Assembly (NCBI RefSeq): GCF_001194135.2 | Contig: NC_068987.1 | Coordinates: 84,288,553-84,352,552, forward strand | Source: Octopus bimaculoides | Lineage: Eukaryota | DNA: 64,000 bases | Reading direction: 5' to 3' | Shown: positions 9,905 through 23,404 of the stretch, one piece after another | Layout of the letters: each line of letters opens with the position of its first letter | Position numbering within the stretch: the first letter of the stretch is position 1 | The notes under the pieces: model-generated | Seen by the model: only the letters and a program-made list of their open reading frames with translations | Databases searched by the model: none | What the model was told of the DNA's origin: nothing | Program-made: the position numbers and the translations under genes

Positions 9905-12135
9905 GATGCTATGGCATATATTGGTCCACCTGAAGAACGCTGTATCATGAAAATCGAGTTGCAGGACTAACTCCCAGCATCAGTATAAATTAAAAAAATT
10001 ACATATAAATGTATGAGTCTGTGTGCGTGTGCGTGCGTGTGCGTGCGTGTGCGTGCGTGTGTAAAAAGTTCTTTCTTTCGGATTCTGTCAATAAAGCTAA
10101 ACTCACGTGATGTGGTAGATGAATTCTTTCCAGGAATGTGCGCAGTTGTATCGATGTTCAAAGTACGCATCCCTCCCTGCGTCCCCGAAATGACCTATTT
10201 GACTGTAGTGCATATCAAATTTATGCATCGTCTTTCTTTGTAATGTGTTTCAAAGTATAAAGTCAGATATTTTGTGGTGAATATTTTATTGTCATACATG
10301 CACATTTAGGATCACCTGCATATATGTATTTCATAGATGTATGCATATACAAAGTTTTCATTTAAAAACCTTTATTCATGCTTAGTAAATAAAAAAAACA
10401 AAAATGACTTAAAAGGATGTTGCAATTCGCTCGAAGCATTGCAATATATGCAAATTAGATTTGTTCGAAGAGAAAAAAAACGTAGAGAAATGTAGCTGAA
10501 GAGCTACAGAAAGTATGTAATGTGATGTCAGTGAATAAAAACAAACAGAACATATATTGTATTTCCTTATATAGGTTCCTTAATGATCCAATATTGTTTA
10601 GGGGAAAATCACTTTTTGAAGTAGAATACTAGATAAGTCTGTCCATAACATGACTTTTCTCTCAAGTTTTTGGTAATTTTTTATTCTTCGAGAATTTTCC
10701 TCGAAATATTGCAAGATCATTAAAGAACCTGCGTGATGTAAGACAATCTCTTCTGTTTGTTTTCATTCATTGACATGGCGTAACATCTATGGCTAAATTC
10801 CTCACTTGCATTGCTCAAAGAGTTTTTCAAGCATCTCGTTTAAGCCTGCAATACTTCAATTTTCATATTCGTTTTCAGTAATGAGTTTCCCATTCTAGAA
10901 TCGAAGTATCTCCTTAACTACAGACATACTATTTACTGCGATATACATTAATATTACTTAACAGAAAACGAATAAAAACTATTTGTTTCCTTGCCTTGAG
11001 GTCTTGTCTTTCACAAATTAACACATTTGTCTAACTTAGCCAATTAGTAACTATATTCCGGTCATATTAACAAGAAATAGTTGAAGTAAAATATTTCGCT
11101 CAAGGAATGTTTGAGCGTGTTAAGAAATCTGATGTTGGTAAACTATAATAAATCGATTTATCTCATATAATATCATATAATGAAACTTTTCCCGTAGTTT
11201 TTGAATCTTTACAAAATGATTAATTTGGAAAAATATATAAAAAAAAAATTTAAACATCTAAAATATATTAAATTTAGTGGACATACTATTTATCTGAATA
11301 ATGAGTGTTTTTTCTTTCTTTTTAACGCTTCTGTTGAATATTATATAGAATAAACTTACTGCTGTAAATAGGTCTATTCATATTCATTTGCGAAAGTGAT
11401 TAATTTCCATTTATATTTCATAAACTTCTAAGGCAATATATATAAAGTTAGCAAACATTTTCAATGCAGAACATGAAAGATGAAAGCTATCAATAGGATC
11501 AAAATAGAAAGATGCGCAAAGAAAGAGCGATAGAAAATTTGTGAGAAATTGTGAATACGATAAAGAGAGGAGAGCTACAAAGAATTCTATAGAAAGAAAG
11601 AGAAACAGAGAGACAGAAAGAGAGAGAGAGAAGGGCAGAGAGAGAGAGAAAGTGAGGGAGAGAGTGAGGAGTGAGAAATAAAAGAGTATTAAAGTGACAA
11701 GCTGAAACATCGACTTCGCTACCGTTTTGTATTCCAAAATTCCATACTGACGTTTTTATTAAAATGTTGACAAAACATTCTTCCACATAAAACCAACTGT
11801 ACTTACTATTAACTAACTGCTGTTAGAAGTGCAATTTTCAACAATTATCAAGAGATTTCTAATTCAAGATTCAGATAATTTAATAGTTTCGGAGAAGAGT
11901 AAAGGAAAAATTGAAAATCAAAATTGCTGTATATAAGTTGTACGTAGAAAACATCAAAAGAAGAATGTGCATAATGAGATAGTAATGGATTATTCAACAC
12001 CACTTTTTTTATTTCTACATTTTAAGCTATTTTTCGATTCTTTATTTCCCATTTTCACTTCCTCAAGTTGTTGTTGATTTTGTTGTTTTCGTAGCTGTCG
12101 TTGTTGTCATCGTAGTCCTAGAAGTAGTAGAAGCT

Positions 12136-12295
<160 letters not shown>

Positions 12296-12476
12296 AGCCT
12301 AAGTAGTGATATATTTATTGCACGATATTCAAAGAGTTAGCACAATCACGAGTGTGATAGAGAGAAAGAAAGGTTATTTTTCTGGTTAACCTCTGCTATT
12401 TTGTTACCGGCGAGTCATTTTCAGAGGAGAAAAAAAAAACATATCGATCTAGATCTCAAGCGCACACTGGTATATC

Positions 12477-12478
<2 letters not shown>

Positions 12479-12534
<56 letters not shown>

Positions 12535-12880
12535 ATTCATTTATTCATCTGCAATCATATGTAGCCTGCCCTCGGTGTATATAGTACATCGTTTCTACTA
12601 AATACCATGTAAGTATTGTATGTATGTATATATGTATGCATGTATGTATGTATGTATGTATGTATGTATGTACGCATGTTTGTATTCATCATGTATGTAT
12701 GTAAGCATATATGTATGTGCTATCTGTGTACGTATATATGTACATATGTGTTTATATATGTATATATCTATGTATTCATGTGTATGTATTCCTGCATATA
12801 TGTTTGTATGTCCGTACGCACTTTTGTATTTATCTTGAGGAATGTATGTATGTGTGTATGTATGTATGTATGTTTTTAAT
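12479..12880 (+). repeat. (CA)n and degenerate (TATG)n simple repeats
   Basis: Directly visible; explains ORFs 12616-12929. Confidence 0.9.
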
Positions 12881-13390
12881 TTGTATCTATTTCTCTTATT
12901 TTATCTTATTTATTTATTTATTTATTTAAATAATTAGATGAGGAGGGGATAGTGCTCCTCTGTTCATCCAAGCCATGGCGAAGGCAATCTATGTAAGAGA
13001 AAGTAACTGTGAATTTAAATACTTCACTGGTCTCTTGTAGTTAGCCTTTGGTTGGGCAAAGACTGGTTGGGCAAATGCATCCAATGATGTCGACTTGTTC
13101 TTTGTGGATCATGCTTTGTAGTTTAGAGAGTGAGACTGGTTGCTATGCAAAACTTTTCGTCACTTTAAAAAGTGTCAAGCACAGGTATCGCTGGAGAGGA
13201 AAAAGAAATGAACATCTTGCATGTGCATGGCTGGCCGAAGCTTAAAAAGGCACATCTAAACAATGAAAGTTCATTTTGATAATGAAATGTGATGTATGTA
13301 TGAAAGTGAATCTGTTTCATTAACGTTTGATGAACTTGAAAGTATTTTAAACTGAAATGCGTTAAAGTTTTTGAATTAAGATGACTGTAT

Positions 13391-13786
13391 GTGACTGTGT
13401 GGTAACTAGCTTGCTTACGAACCACATGGTTCCGGGTTCAGTCCCACTGCGTGGCACCTTGGGCAAGTGTCTTCTACTATAGCTCTGGGCGGACTAAAGC
13501 CTTGTGAGTGGATTTGGTAGACGGAAACTAAAAGAAGCCCGTCGTATATATGTATATACATATGTATGTATGCGTGTGTATATGTTTGTGTGTCTGTGTT
13601 TGTCCCCCCAACATTGCTTGACAACAGATACTGGTGTGTTTACGTCCCTGTAGCTTATCGGTTCAGCAAAAGAGACCGATAGAATAAGTACTAGGCTCAC
13701 AAAGAATAAGTCCTGGGGTCGACTTGCTCCACTAAAAAGCGGTGCTCCAGCATGGCCGCAGTCAAATGACTGAAACATGTAAAAGG
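13391..13786 (+). mobile_element. SINE family A, full length and well preserved
   Basis: A-box-like gtgactgtgtggtaa, B-box ggttcagtccc, then caccttgggcaagtgtcttctactatag, a (TA/TG)n linker, and tail to gaaacatgtaaaag. Confidence 0.93.
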
Positions 13787-14214
13787 GTATAAACTAGAAT
13801 TCCATTCAGCTTTTCAAACAATCAAGAATCACTGAAAACTAAAATCGTGTATCATTTCTTGCATTATCAATGCTTGTATGAAGTTTTTTTTTTTTTTGTT
13901 CCTATAGGGTAATGTAGGTTAGTGTTTTCTAGATATATTCAAACCTCATTTTGAAGGAGAAAAACTTGTTCTAATATCACTGACTTATAAATTATAGATC
14001 TCTGTGTATGGATTCAATGCGGGTTTGAACTGAAGAGTCTAGGTTGCACGTTGATGAAGCTTTACTGAAGTAAGATTTTTGAAGAATTTAAGAATATCAT
14101 TCTCACGGCTGCGTGAGCTTCACTATATTATATGTAACATACCTGTAGTTGCTTGGAAATGTGTTAACCTGAAGGAATTCTACGATAGTAACAGCTGCTA
14201 GAAGTCAGAGGTTT

Positions 14215-14690
14215 GATGGGAAATTTAATAGTATATCATAATGCTATGGATTAGAGTTAGATGGAATCCTTTATTTATTTCTTGATGGAAAATCTTACTT
14301 TCTGAGTTCATACAGGGATCAAGAAAATATTGTACCATTTGTTATCAGAATCGGTAGAGGATAAGTGCTTACAGATTATATGTCTGAGTCTCCACGTTCA
14401 GATTTGATATTTCAAAGAGCTTCAAGTTCCTATCATCTGTCTTAGATTGATTTAAGGAAAAACTAGAGATGGGAAGCTTCATAGTATATCGTTATATTAA
14501 GGATTAGAATGTTAGATAGAATCCTTTATTTCTTGAAGGAAAATCTTACTTCTTGAGTTCATACAAGGATCAAGAAAATGTACCATTTGTTATCAGAATT
14601 GCTAGAAGATAAAGTCTTCACGTTCTGATTTCATATTCTAAAGAGATTCAAGTTTCTATCATGTCTTGGATCGATTAATGGAAAAGCTAG
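14215..14690 (+). repeat. Local tandem duplication, period ~253 bp
   Basis: gatggga..atagtatatc..ggaaaatcttact..gagttcataca.ggatcaagaaaat..gtaccatttgttatcagaat..caagtt.ctatcat occurs at ~14215 and ~14468. Confidence 0.9.
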
Positions 14691-14799
14691 TCAAGAAATG
14701 TGAAAAAAATATCATAAGTCTAGTTACCCGATTTGCGCGTCGGATAACTGACCGAGATAACAACAGTCCTCTTGAATGAAACACCAGTCTGTGGCTGGG

Positions 14800-15000
14800 T
14801 TCAAAGTCAGCAAATTTGATGGGACGGAGCAGTTCGAATAAGCCAACCTCGGACTAGAATGTTGTGTTACTTTATAGACTCCGAACGGATGAAAGCAAGT
14901 TCACCGCGGTGGGGTTTGACATCAGACCATAAAGAGCCAGAAGAAATGCCGCTAAGCATTTTGCCTGAAATGCGAAGGACTTTGCCAACTTGCCGCCTTG
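14800..15000 (-). mobile_element. Decayed SINE family B
   Basis: ggatgaaagcaagt..aagaaatgccgctaagcattttgcc..ttgccaacttgccgcc. Confidence 0.8.
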
Positions 15001-15634
15001 GAAAAATTATATAATCCCATTTTAATCACCATGAGAACTTGACATGTACGTTATGATATTGGTTCATTCACTGCATAAATGCTTTATAAACTCCTTTGCT
15101 GTATGTTAGATTTGAACGAAATGTAAATATAATATAACTAAATTCATTTAGACAGGAATCGAAGCTAATGTCTCTGCAGAGTGTCTAAATCAAAACACGA
15201 CATGAATTCCATAATCAGAAGCGACTTATCTTAATGTATATTTTTAAGCATAAGCATGCTGGAAATAAAGCATTAATAATGCCATCTTAAAAAAGTAGGA
15301 AGAAAACCTTACTAGAAAAATATCGATGTTCATAAAAGATCGTAGCAAGGATCATTAAGAAAGGCACCGTTGTTTCTTCTAAGTCAGGGAATAGCTTTAG
15401 AAATCAGGAAAACAGAAAAAAAGAATAAAGAATGTTTTCATGATTTGGGATTTATATATGTAATTGGCGAAGAAATCAAAATAATGATGATTCTATAACT
15501 TGTTTGATGTTGGATTGAAGATAATCATAAGTATTTGTATGTATTTATTCATTTTATATAGATATATATCTAATGTATATATCTGTCTATATATGCATAC
15601 ATTAAAAACATACATACGGAGAGAGAGAGAGAGA

Positions 15635-15665
<31 letters not shown>

Positions 15666-15675
15666 NNNNNNNNNN

Positions 15676-15713
<38 letters not shown>

Positions 15714-16643
15714 GGGGGAGAAAGATGTATGCATGAAAATGCACGTGTCTCGTTTAAGAAAAGTCACATAATTAATAATTAATAAGAACCATATCATAAT
15801 ATTACGTAGATCATTAGAAAGCCGAGTCATATATCACAGTTAATTAATTAATTATGGTGCTGATCAAAACGAAATAAAAACATACATAACATCGATATCA
15901 AAGAAGAAACAAGTCAGGAAAAAACACTTCAATCTCTGTAGTATAATTAACCTGTAGCACGATAACAAGAAACAATATTGAAGCAGAAATATAAAGATTA
16001 CAAAAAAAAAAAAAAAAAAAAAAAAAACAGAGACAATTTAATATATTCAGAAAAACAAAATTCATTTTCCTCATGAGAAATAACGGTTTGTAAAAATATG
16101 ATGTAAACATGCTAAAAATTATTTTGCAACAGAAAGTTTTGTGATGGAAAATAATATTACTTATGAAATTCATTGTAAACATCATCCAAAGAAAATAAGG
16201 TGAAGGATGATAATATATATATACAAACACACACACACGCACATGCACACACAAACACATACACACACCTATTGGTTCAACGTTTGTTTTTATGCTTAGT
16301 AAAACTACCTCCACCCAGAATATTTCAGTAATCTGATTGGTTGCTCAGTGATTTCTGTAGAATTTTGAAGTTTTGGCCAGTTAAACGATCATTGGATGAT
16401 GGTTTCACTGGCTGAGACCGCGAAGTCACTGCGAATAATATTAGTGTTTAAGAATAATACAAACACACACATACACATATATATGTGTGTGTGTGTTTGC
16501 AGTTGTGTATTCTTGTCAAGAGCAGAGCTCATTTGTCACCAATGGAGCCACAAATTCAAAATACAAGTTAGTCCAGCAATGGTTTCCTCAGTCACGAGTG
16601 GACGGCCATCATCATCATATATATATATATATATATATATACA

Positions 16644-16861
16644 CGAGGGGGTACTGAGACGTTTTTGGCTTTGGGTAAAAGAAAATACAGAGAAGAACAT
16701 GTTAATTGTGATTTTGTTCGACATGTTCTCCTCCCAGATTTACACACTTATTTCAGCATTCCTTCAGTTTCTCTTAGCCCTGTAAAAGAAGTCGGAAGCT
16801 GAGCCTCCAAGCAGGCCTTTCGCGATAACCTTAAAGCCAGGAAATTTTCAGCACGCTCTCG
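16644..16861. mobile_element. Mariner-type MITE (~218 bp)
   Basis: Imperfect TIRs cgagggggtactgagacgtttttggcttt / aaagccaggaaattttcagcacgctctcg, inserted in a (TA)n tract; a related copy lies at 44338-44531. Confidence 0.8.
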
Positions 16862-16891
16862 TGTGTCTGTGTAGGTATAATATACATATAT

Positions 16892-16924
<33 letters not shown>

Positions 16925-16977
16925 NNNNNNNNNNNNNNNNNNNNNNNNNNNNNNNNNNNNNNNNNNNNNNNNNNNNN

Positions 16978-17034
<57 letters not shown>

Positions 17035-17945
17035 AAAACCATACATGCAGGGGGTGTTTTAGCGAGCGTGTAAAACAATTCGGACGTGTACACGCCGTCC
17101 AGTATTGTGTGTGTTCATCTTACTAGGGGGAAAAAGTAGCACCAAGGAGTAATGTATAACTCAAGTGGTCCCTAACATTTTGTATTGTAGGTGTTGCACA
17201 ATTTTCTAATTCGCACATTTAGTAACGGCATGCATGTGAACAGATGCGTTGCTTTTGTGAAGTATAAATCACTTAGTTGTCAGGGCATAAATGAATGCAT
17301 ATGCTAGTTTTATGAAATAGTTGTAATATCAGTAGAACCGTGACAATTTTGTCAAAAATGATCCATTATTATTGAACAACGCTTCATAAGTGAAAACCGA
17401 TGCGCTGTAGTGATACGGTTTGTCAAATAATCAGTTCTTTTCCTTGTCCTGCAAACAAGCGTTCACAACAACGCTACCAGGTTTAGCTCTATTCCTTGCA
17501 GTAGCTCGGATGTGCAATATTAAATCACCAGGAATATATAACTAAGAAAAACAACACTTTGTACGATAAATTTGTTTACGATACATATTTTGTAAAATGT
17601 GGAGATATTTTGCTATTAAAATTGTGATGTTCAATTTGTTGTTGTTGATGTCCTTCATGTTTTTGTATACTTCCATTGTCACTCTTGATTGACCAGAACA
17701 ATGAGCAAATGTATTTCAGCAATATTCCTCTCACGGTTTTTAGGAGTTTGTGTGTGTGTTTGTGTGGTTGGGAGGTTAACATAAATATGTTGTTTTCTTT
17801 TCTAACACAGTGAAATGTGATTCGGGATTGCTATTTTTACCGAGTTGAGTGACCAGCTATGACCTCTATCAGTGGATCATTCCTCGGTTATGCGAACAGA
17901 TCCATACAAATTTACTTTTGCATATTGAAAATGCATACTAGAAGC

Positions 17946-17982
<37 letters not shown>

Positions 17983-18340
17983 ACACACACACACGCACGC
18001 ACACACACACTCACACACACAAATATGGGAACCATAAAAAAACGACACGACTATTTCAACAGTAAAAAGCCGATATCATAGTAAATTGTTTCTCTTGAGT
18101 GTGGTCTCGTTGTATCACATACACTGTTAAATAACTCAAACAGCCTGATACGATATATGCAATATGATCGTAAAAGCTGTGATCTCATTTGTTTGTATAA
18201 GAATCTGAGGATATAAAGATTATTCTATAATTAAATTACATAGTCTCTATTGAATACCAGTATTCGTTATCAATAAAGCTACCATTGGAAACAAATCGTA
18301 AATTATTACCATACTTAGGCCTGGTTATCATATTTTGCAC

Positions 18341-18420
18341 CCTCGTGGATTCCTGTTCAATCCCGATGCGCGGCACCTTGAGCAAATGTATTCTAATATA
18401 GCACCCGACTGATACCCTGT
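18341..18420 (+). mobile_element. SINE family A head fragment
   Basis: ttcctgttcaatcccgatgcgcggcaccttgagcaaatgtattctaatatagc. Confidence 0.7.
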
Positions 18421-19759
18421 GACTGATATACAAGGAAATTTATCTAAATTTTGTTAAAACAAACCTGTCAAGTTGTCTACTGCCACTTGTAGAACATGGA
18501 GTATTTCCATCTTGAAACATCAGTTTCATTCCTTGATTTGCCCAGTTTCAAAATTCTTCAGATGCTACATGGTTTATCTATCTTCAACACTTCTGGTGCC
18601 ATTAGCTGCAGATTCACCTTAAGCTCCAGCATTCCTCCCTTGTCCTATATTTCGAATTTCTTCATTGCTACCCGTGAAATTAGTAGACAGTATCCTGGTT
18701 TAATTGTGACCACCATTTCCGTGAAGTTACAGGACAGAAAGTTCGCCATCTCTTCAAATTTAGAAAATTCACTGCTTCTAGTGTATTGATGTATTCGAAG
18801 ATATTTTCGTCAATATAATTTGGTCAGCATGCAAGATAAAGTTACTGGTCGCATTACACTTGGTGGAAGACATAAAATCTTCAGCAATGCCTAGAGGCAC
18901 CTCGTTCTTGGAAGGTATTTGTGCTGCCTTCATTCATGAAGGAATCTGCAATGAAAGGCGTTGCAGTATCAAGTGCAATAATTTGCTGGTATTGTTCGAC
19001 TTCAAATTGTCTGTTGATAACATATTCTTTCCATGAAACTGCTAATATTTAAACAAAATATTTATCCCTGCTTCTCAGTAAGTGAGGCGATCACTTTCCA
19101 GAAGTCAATATTGTTCAACATCCAATATTGGCTATACTTCTTTTATTTAACTTCTAGTTACAAGATGTCTCTTCATTCAAAATGTTGGACAGCCGTGCAA
19201 ATTAATAATTTTTTGTTCGTGACCGCGTTTCCAATATTAAGTAGCGCTATGTGCACTTTGAATTATGTTTCCTTATCAGTTGGGTGATCTTTTTTGCATT
19301 TCCTCCTGCCCCAGAGTACCTGAGTATCAGCAGATATAGAGTAAAGAAGAAAAACCCATAGAATCTTTGTAAGCTTTGGGCCAAATTTAGTCGATAATGT
19401 TCCCTCTGTGGCTCTGCCTTTTTCATCCATGATATCAAGGATGTTTGCGATACATATCATATACAGTTGCGGATTGGTTGCATTGGAATGTATGTAAGAC
19501 TTCTTGAGTTGTTACACCTACATTGGATAAAGTAGCATTTACATGTAACTGTCCTTAGTCTGATGCCAGCTGAGTAAGTTTATGGAAATATGACCATACG
19601 GATCACTCTTGAATCACCCACACATCCTAGCTTCTGTATTTGACACTTTTTTGTCCAAGAGAATGTATTTGGGAATATTTAAATAAAGAACGTTTGAGTC
19701 TCCGACTCTTGCACATTTAGTTAGCCCCACCGTTCCCACTCGTGCTACTATAACTGTCT

Positions 19760-20950
19760 CTCTTGGGGTCTTTACGATTTTGGGATCTTTTAGAAATTGA
19801 ACACCGTCATCTAGGCGTTATAATCAGGGATGATTAATTCCCTGCTCTTTCCAGTTAGTACAACTACTTATATCATTACACTTTTCAGAGCCCACTCTCT
19901 CTGATCCGCAGCCTCCTTGAAGTAACCTCTGCTGCCTCCAGATCTTGGTGTCTGCTACCTACTGGCCCTTGCGATGCCAAACATGTAGTCTTTGTCGATG
20001 GAAGTGCCCCCAGCCCTTCCTCTGAATCCCACTTCTATACGATTGCACATTATTTTCCACCCATTGCTTCGACATAACTCCATAATCTCAGTAAATTGTA
20101 TTCATGTCATCACTTTTGATTTGTCAATATGTTAATCTCAGTGAATGAAGAGTTCTACCAGCACAACCTGCTTAAATGCTTCATACATCAGCGATATGAC
20201 TGTATTAGTGTTGATCATGTGACAGTTTCTGAGAGATTCAGCGTCTTCTCTAGGCTGATTTTAGCAACTTACAGCTCTGTACCATTGCAAGGAAACGCGA
20301 TGAAATAAGTTGACCTTGTGTCAACTTATTTTCAGCGTTGAAAAACAATAGTTTCCTTTGTTACATGTAAGCGCTTACAATGGCTAATACCACAGCGATA
20401 ATGTCAGCTATGGCCTTTAAGACATGATAATGCATCCAGTTGTTGAGGTTCTTGCCCAAAATATTTGAACAGTTTCGCGGGTGAATTCTAAGCTTCATTT
20501 CCTCACGCCCAGGGGGAAACCTTGTGATGTCAACTTCCTCAACTAGAACAAGTTGAACGGGGTCACTAAGGCGTCGTAAACTACTTGAATTAGAAATTTG
20601 TTTCGAGTGGATCTCGGCTTTCCAAACCTCAGGTCATGAGACTTTGCGTACGTGTGGATTGCTTCCATCTAAATCAGGTTTTCTGGTGCTGCATAGAATT
20701 CTTTAAATGACGTTTGCACCTGTTTCAATAACCTCCTGTACCTTCTTTGCACTCTCCATGGTGAGTGTTATACTGTATCCTAAGGCAGCCCATCCACGAG
20801 GTTCAGCTCTCACCATCGCTCTGTGCCTTTGCCGTATCTCGGCAGTCTTAGTAGCCTTTGCTGCTTATAATGTCTTTCTTTCTTAAACACATTGCTGATG
20901 TTTGCAGGGCGCTGTCTTGTTGACATGGGCTAAGAACATCACATTTTTAC
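19760..20950 (-). mobile_element. Decayed HERO-type (restriction-like endonuclease) non-LTR retrotransposon, 3' ~1.2 kb
   Basis: Ordered frameshifted minus-strand motifs: RHRAMV (~20811-20829), WKAE..KFLIQ.VYDAL (~20570-20625), HVLKAIADII (~20393-20432), CRSNGWK..IEVG.RG (~20015-20070), EAAE..SR.L.IR (~19890-19940), then a 3'UTR-like aaagatcccaaaatcg..gacccca. These match HERO C-terminal motifs from memory. Confidence 0.7.
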
Positions 20951-21875
20951 TACGCTTGAAACACTTTATAGAAACAATCAACTGTTTACACAAAGGATAT
21001 TAATAATATTTCAAAGCAGAAAATCCCTAGAACAAGTGTTGGAATCCCAGAAAAACAGGGGTGTCACGTACTTTTGTCTTCCATTGAAATATTACTTCAC
21101 TTCACTTACAAGAGAAGTCTCCCAGCAATTATAACTCTTAGAAGTAATGAATTCAGTCCCAAAAGTACAGAAAAATCTTAAAATTTTTCCGTCATTATAT
21201 TCGTCATCAACATCCTCAACATCAACAGATGAATCTTCTTTAAGAGCAAATCCTTTTAAAATATGTTTCAAAAGTTTCCCTTTATAGCTCCGTCCTTACA
21301 ATAACTCGTATTTCCTCGACATATTTTTTTTTTAATACACATCCTTTTATTTAAGCAATCATTAACTTTCAAGAGGCTTTTTTGTTTGAAATTGAATTTT
21401 GTTTCTTTAGATGTCAAACTAGAATTTAATCGAATTTTATAACAATTGATCTCTTTTCTGTTTGTCGCTCTGAGAGTGATTATTCTTTCTTTCTTTCCAC
21501 CAGGTGGGGTTGCTTAATTCCATTTGTAAAAAGGTTGATTATTAATGAAACTGACAAATGCGTCATAGAGCCAAATAATGTGTAGGATGCGCAAAATTAA
21601 GGAAGCCTCCAGAATTTTCCAGAATTGTGGTTTGTTAATACTATTACTGATTGAATGACATAGCAAGTGAACTTCATAAAATTGAATTTAAAAAGACATC
21701 CTTATAACAGGTATTACATTAAAGTTAACTAAGTATTAACTGAAAAACATCTCTTTTCATACAGGCCTAAAACCGATTTTATATATGTAGGAATATATTA
21801 TATTAACGTCTTTCTAATTAATCAACTTTCCATTAACCAATTTATAATTGACAGAAAAATGCTTAGGCGATACAC

Positions 21876-22234
21876 GTTTTATCGTTTATTCGTTTCAATC
21901 ATTGGATTGCGGCCATACCGTGGTATCACCTTAAAAGACTTTAATCGAACAAATTGACCCTAGTTCATATATATATTTTAGTCGAGTACTTATTCTATCA
22001 CTCTCTTATACTGAACTGCTAAGTACGAGAACGTAAACAAAACAGCACCAGTTGTCAAAGTATAGCGGAGGGGTGACAAACACGCATGCACTTACACACA
22101 CACATACACACAAGACATTGGTGAACTCGGGTCTATAGTAGCAGACGCTTGCCCAAGGTGCCGCGCATTGAGACTGAACCCAAAACCACTCAGCTGCAAA
22201 GCGAACTCCTTTACCATGCAGCCATGCCTGCGCC
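21876..22234 (-). mobile_element. SINE family A (decayed, full length)
   Basis: ttgcccaaggtgccgcgcattgagactgaaccc head and ctaagtacgagaacgtaaac tail, in reverse. Confidence 0.85.
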
Positions 22235-22565
22235 TTTACATAATAATTAACTACTAAAGGAATATTTATTCATATCACATGAATCCAGTTCATATTTATT
22301 GAGGTGTAGATTAGCTATGATAGAACAGGGCAAAGGAGTTTCCGCTAAAACAATTTGGATTTTTTCTACGTTCAGGACTGCATTGTCCCGTGTATCTTTT
22401 CGGTTTATAATGTAACAGAGTCTGATTTGGAGATTTTGGTGCTAATTCTACCAAGCTCAACAGCCGCATAGCATGTCCCAATAGAGATTTACAAAAAAAA
22501 ATACAACTTACGTTTTGTCGAAATAATTGTTACTTTTTGCCAAAATTTAAAACAATTAGTATTAC

Positions 22566-22642
<77 letters not shown>

Positions 22643-23165
22643 GAAGAAGAAGAAGAAGAAGNNNNNNNNNNNNNNNNNNNNNNNNNNNNNNNNNNNNNNN
22701 NNNNNNNNNNNNNNNNNNNNNNNNNNNNNNNNNNNNNNNNNNNNNNNNNNNNNNNNNNNNNNNNNNNNNNNNNNNNNNNNNNNNNNNNNNNNNNNNNNNN
22801 NNNNNNNNNNNNNNNNNNNNNNNNNNNNNNNNNNNNNNNNNNNNNNNNNNNNNNNNNNNNNNNNNNNNNNNNNNNNNNNNNNNNNNNNGTAGGAGGAGTA
22901 AAAGCAGGAAGAAGAGGAGGAAGACGAAGCGCAAAAGGAGGAGGTGAAGATGGAAAATTAGGAGAGGAGAAAAAGGAGAAGGAACAGAAGGGGATGAAGG
23001 AGGAGAAAAAAGGAGTGGTAGGCGGGAAAGAAGAAGAAGAAGAAGAAGAAGAAGAAGAAGAAGAAGAAGAAGAAGAAGAAGAAGAAGAACAACAACAACA
23101 ACAACAACAAGAGGAACAAGAAGAACAAGAAGAAGATGAAGAAGACAGCAAAGATGACGAAGATA
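22566..23165 (+). repeat. (ATC)n, (GAA)n, (CAA)n and purine-rich low-complexity tract with an N-gap
   Basis: Directly visible; source of ORFs 22489-23221. Confidence 0.95.
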
Positions 23166-23404
23166 AGAATTTGATTGTGTAGACCATTACCGAAGAATCG
23201 CGAGCTGCAGCCACGACACAAATAATGGTTATTCCTGCTACAATCTGGTCCTGTCCTGACGAAACAATGTTTTTGTTGCGATATTGAAGTTAACTGGCCT
23301 TGTAATTCTCGGAAACATGCATAAAATTTCAGAAAGCAAACGGAAGACGTTTTAGAGTGAAGAATTTATCAAATTATAAAAAGTCGAGTGGAGATACATG
23401 TCTA

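Noticed and set aside
13391-13460. tRNA-like A/B boxes at SINE heads
   Set aside because: No complete cloverleaf or acceptor stem; they continue into SINE bodies, so they are not tRNA genes.
17360-17540. Possible N-terminal HTH remnant of a Tc-like transposase (EQR..; NIKSPG)
   Set aside because: Too degenerate, with no TIR partner.
18450-19450. Possible decayed hAT transposase on the minus strand (KNML..KLLHL..QIPS; TDVSRWKYSM resembling DV.TRWNS)
   Set aside because: Fragments are short, in different frames and not convincingly ordered; needs BLASTx.
21100-21290. Minus-strand acidic open frame (LLKHILKG..VEDVDDEY..) ending at a GTAAGT donor
   Set aside because: No credible acceptor upstream and no recognisable family.
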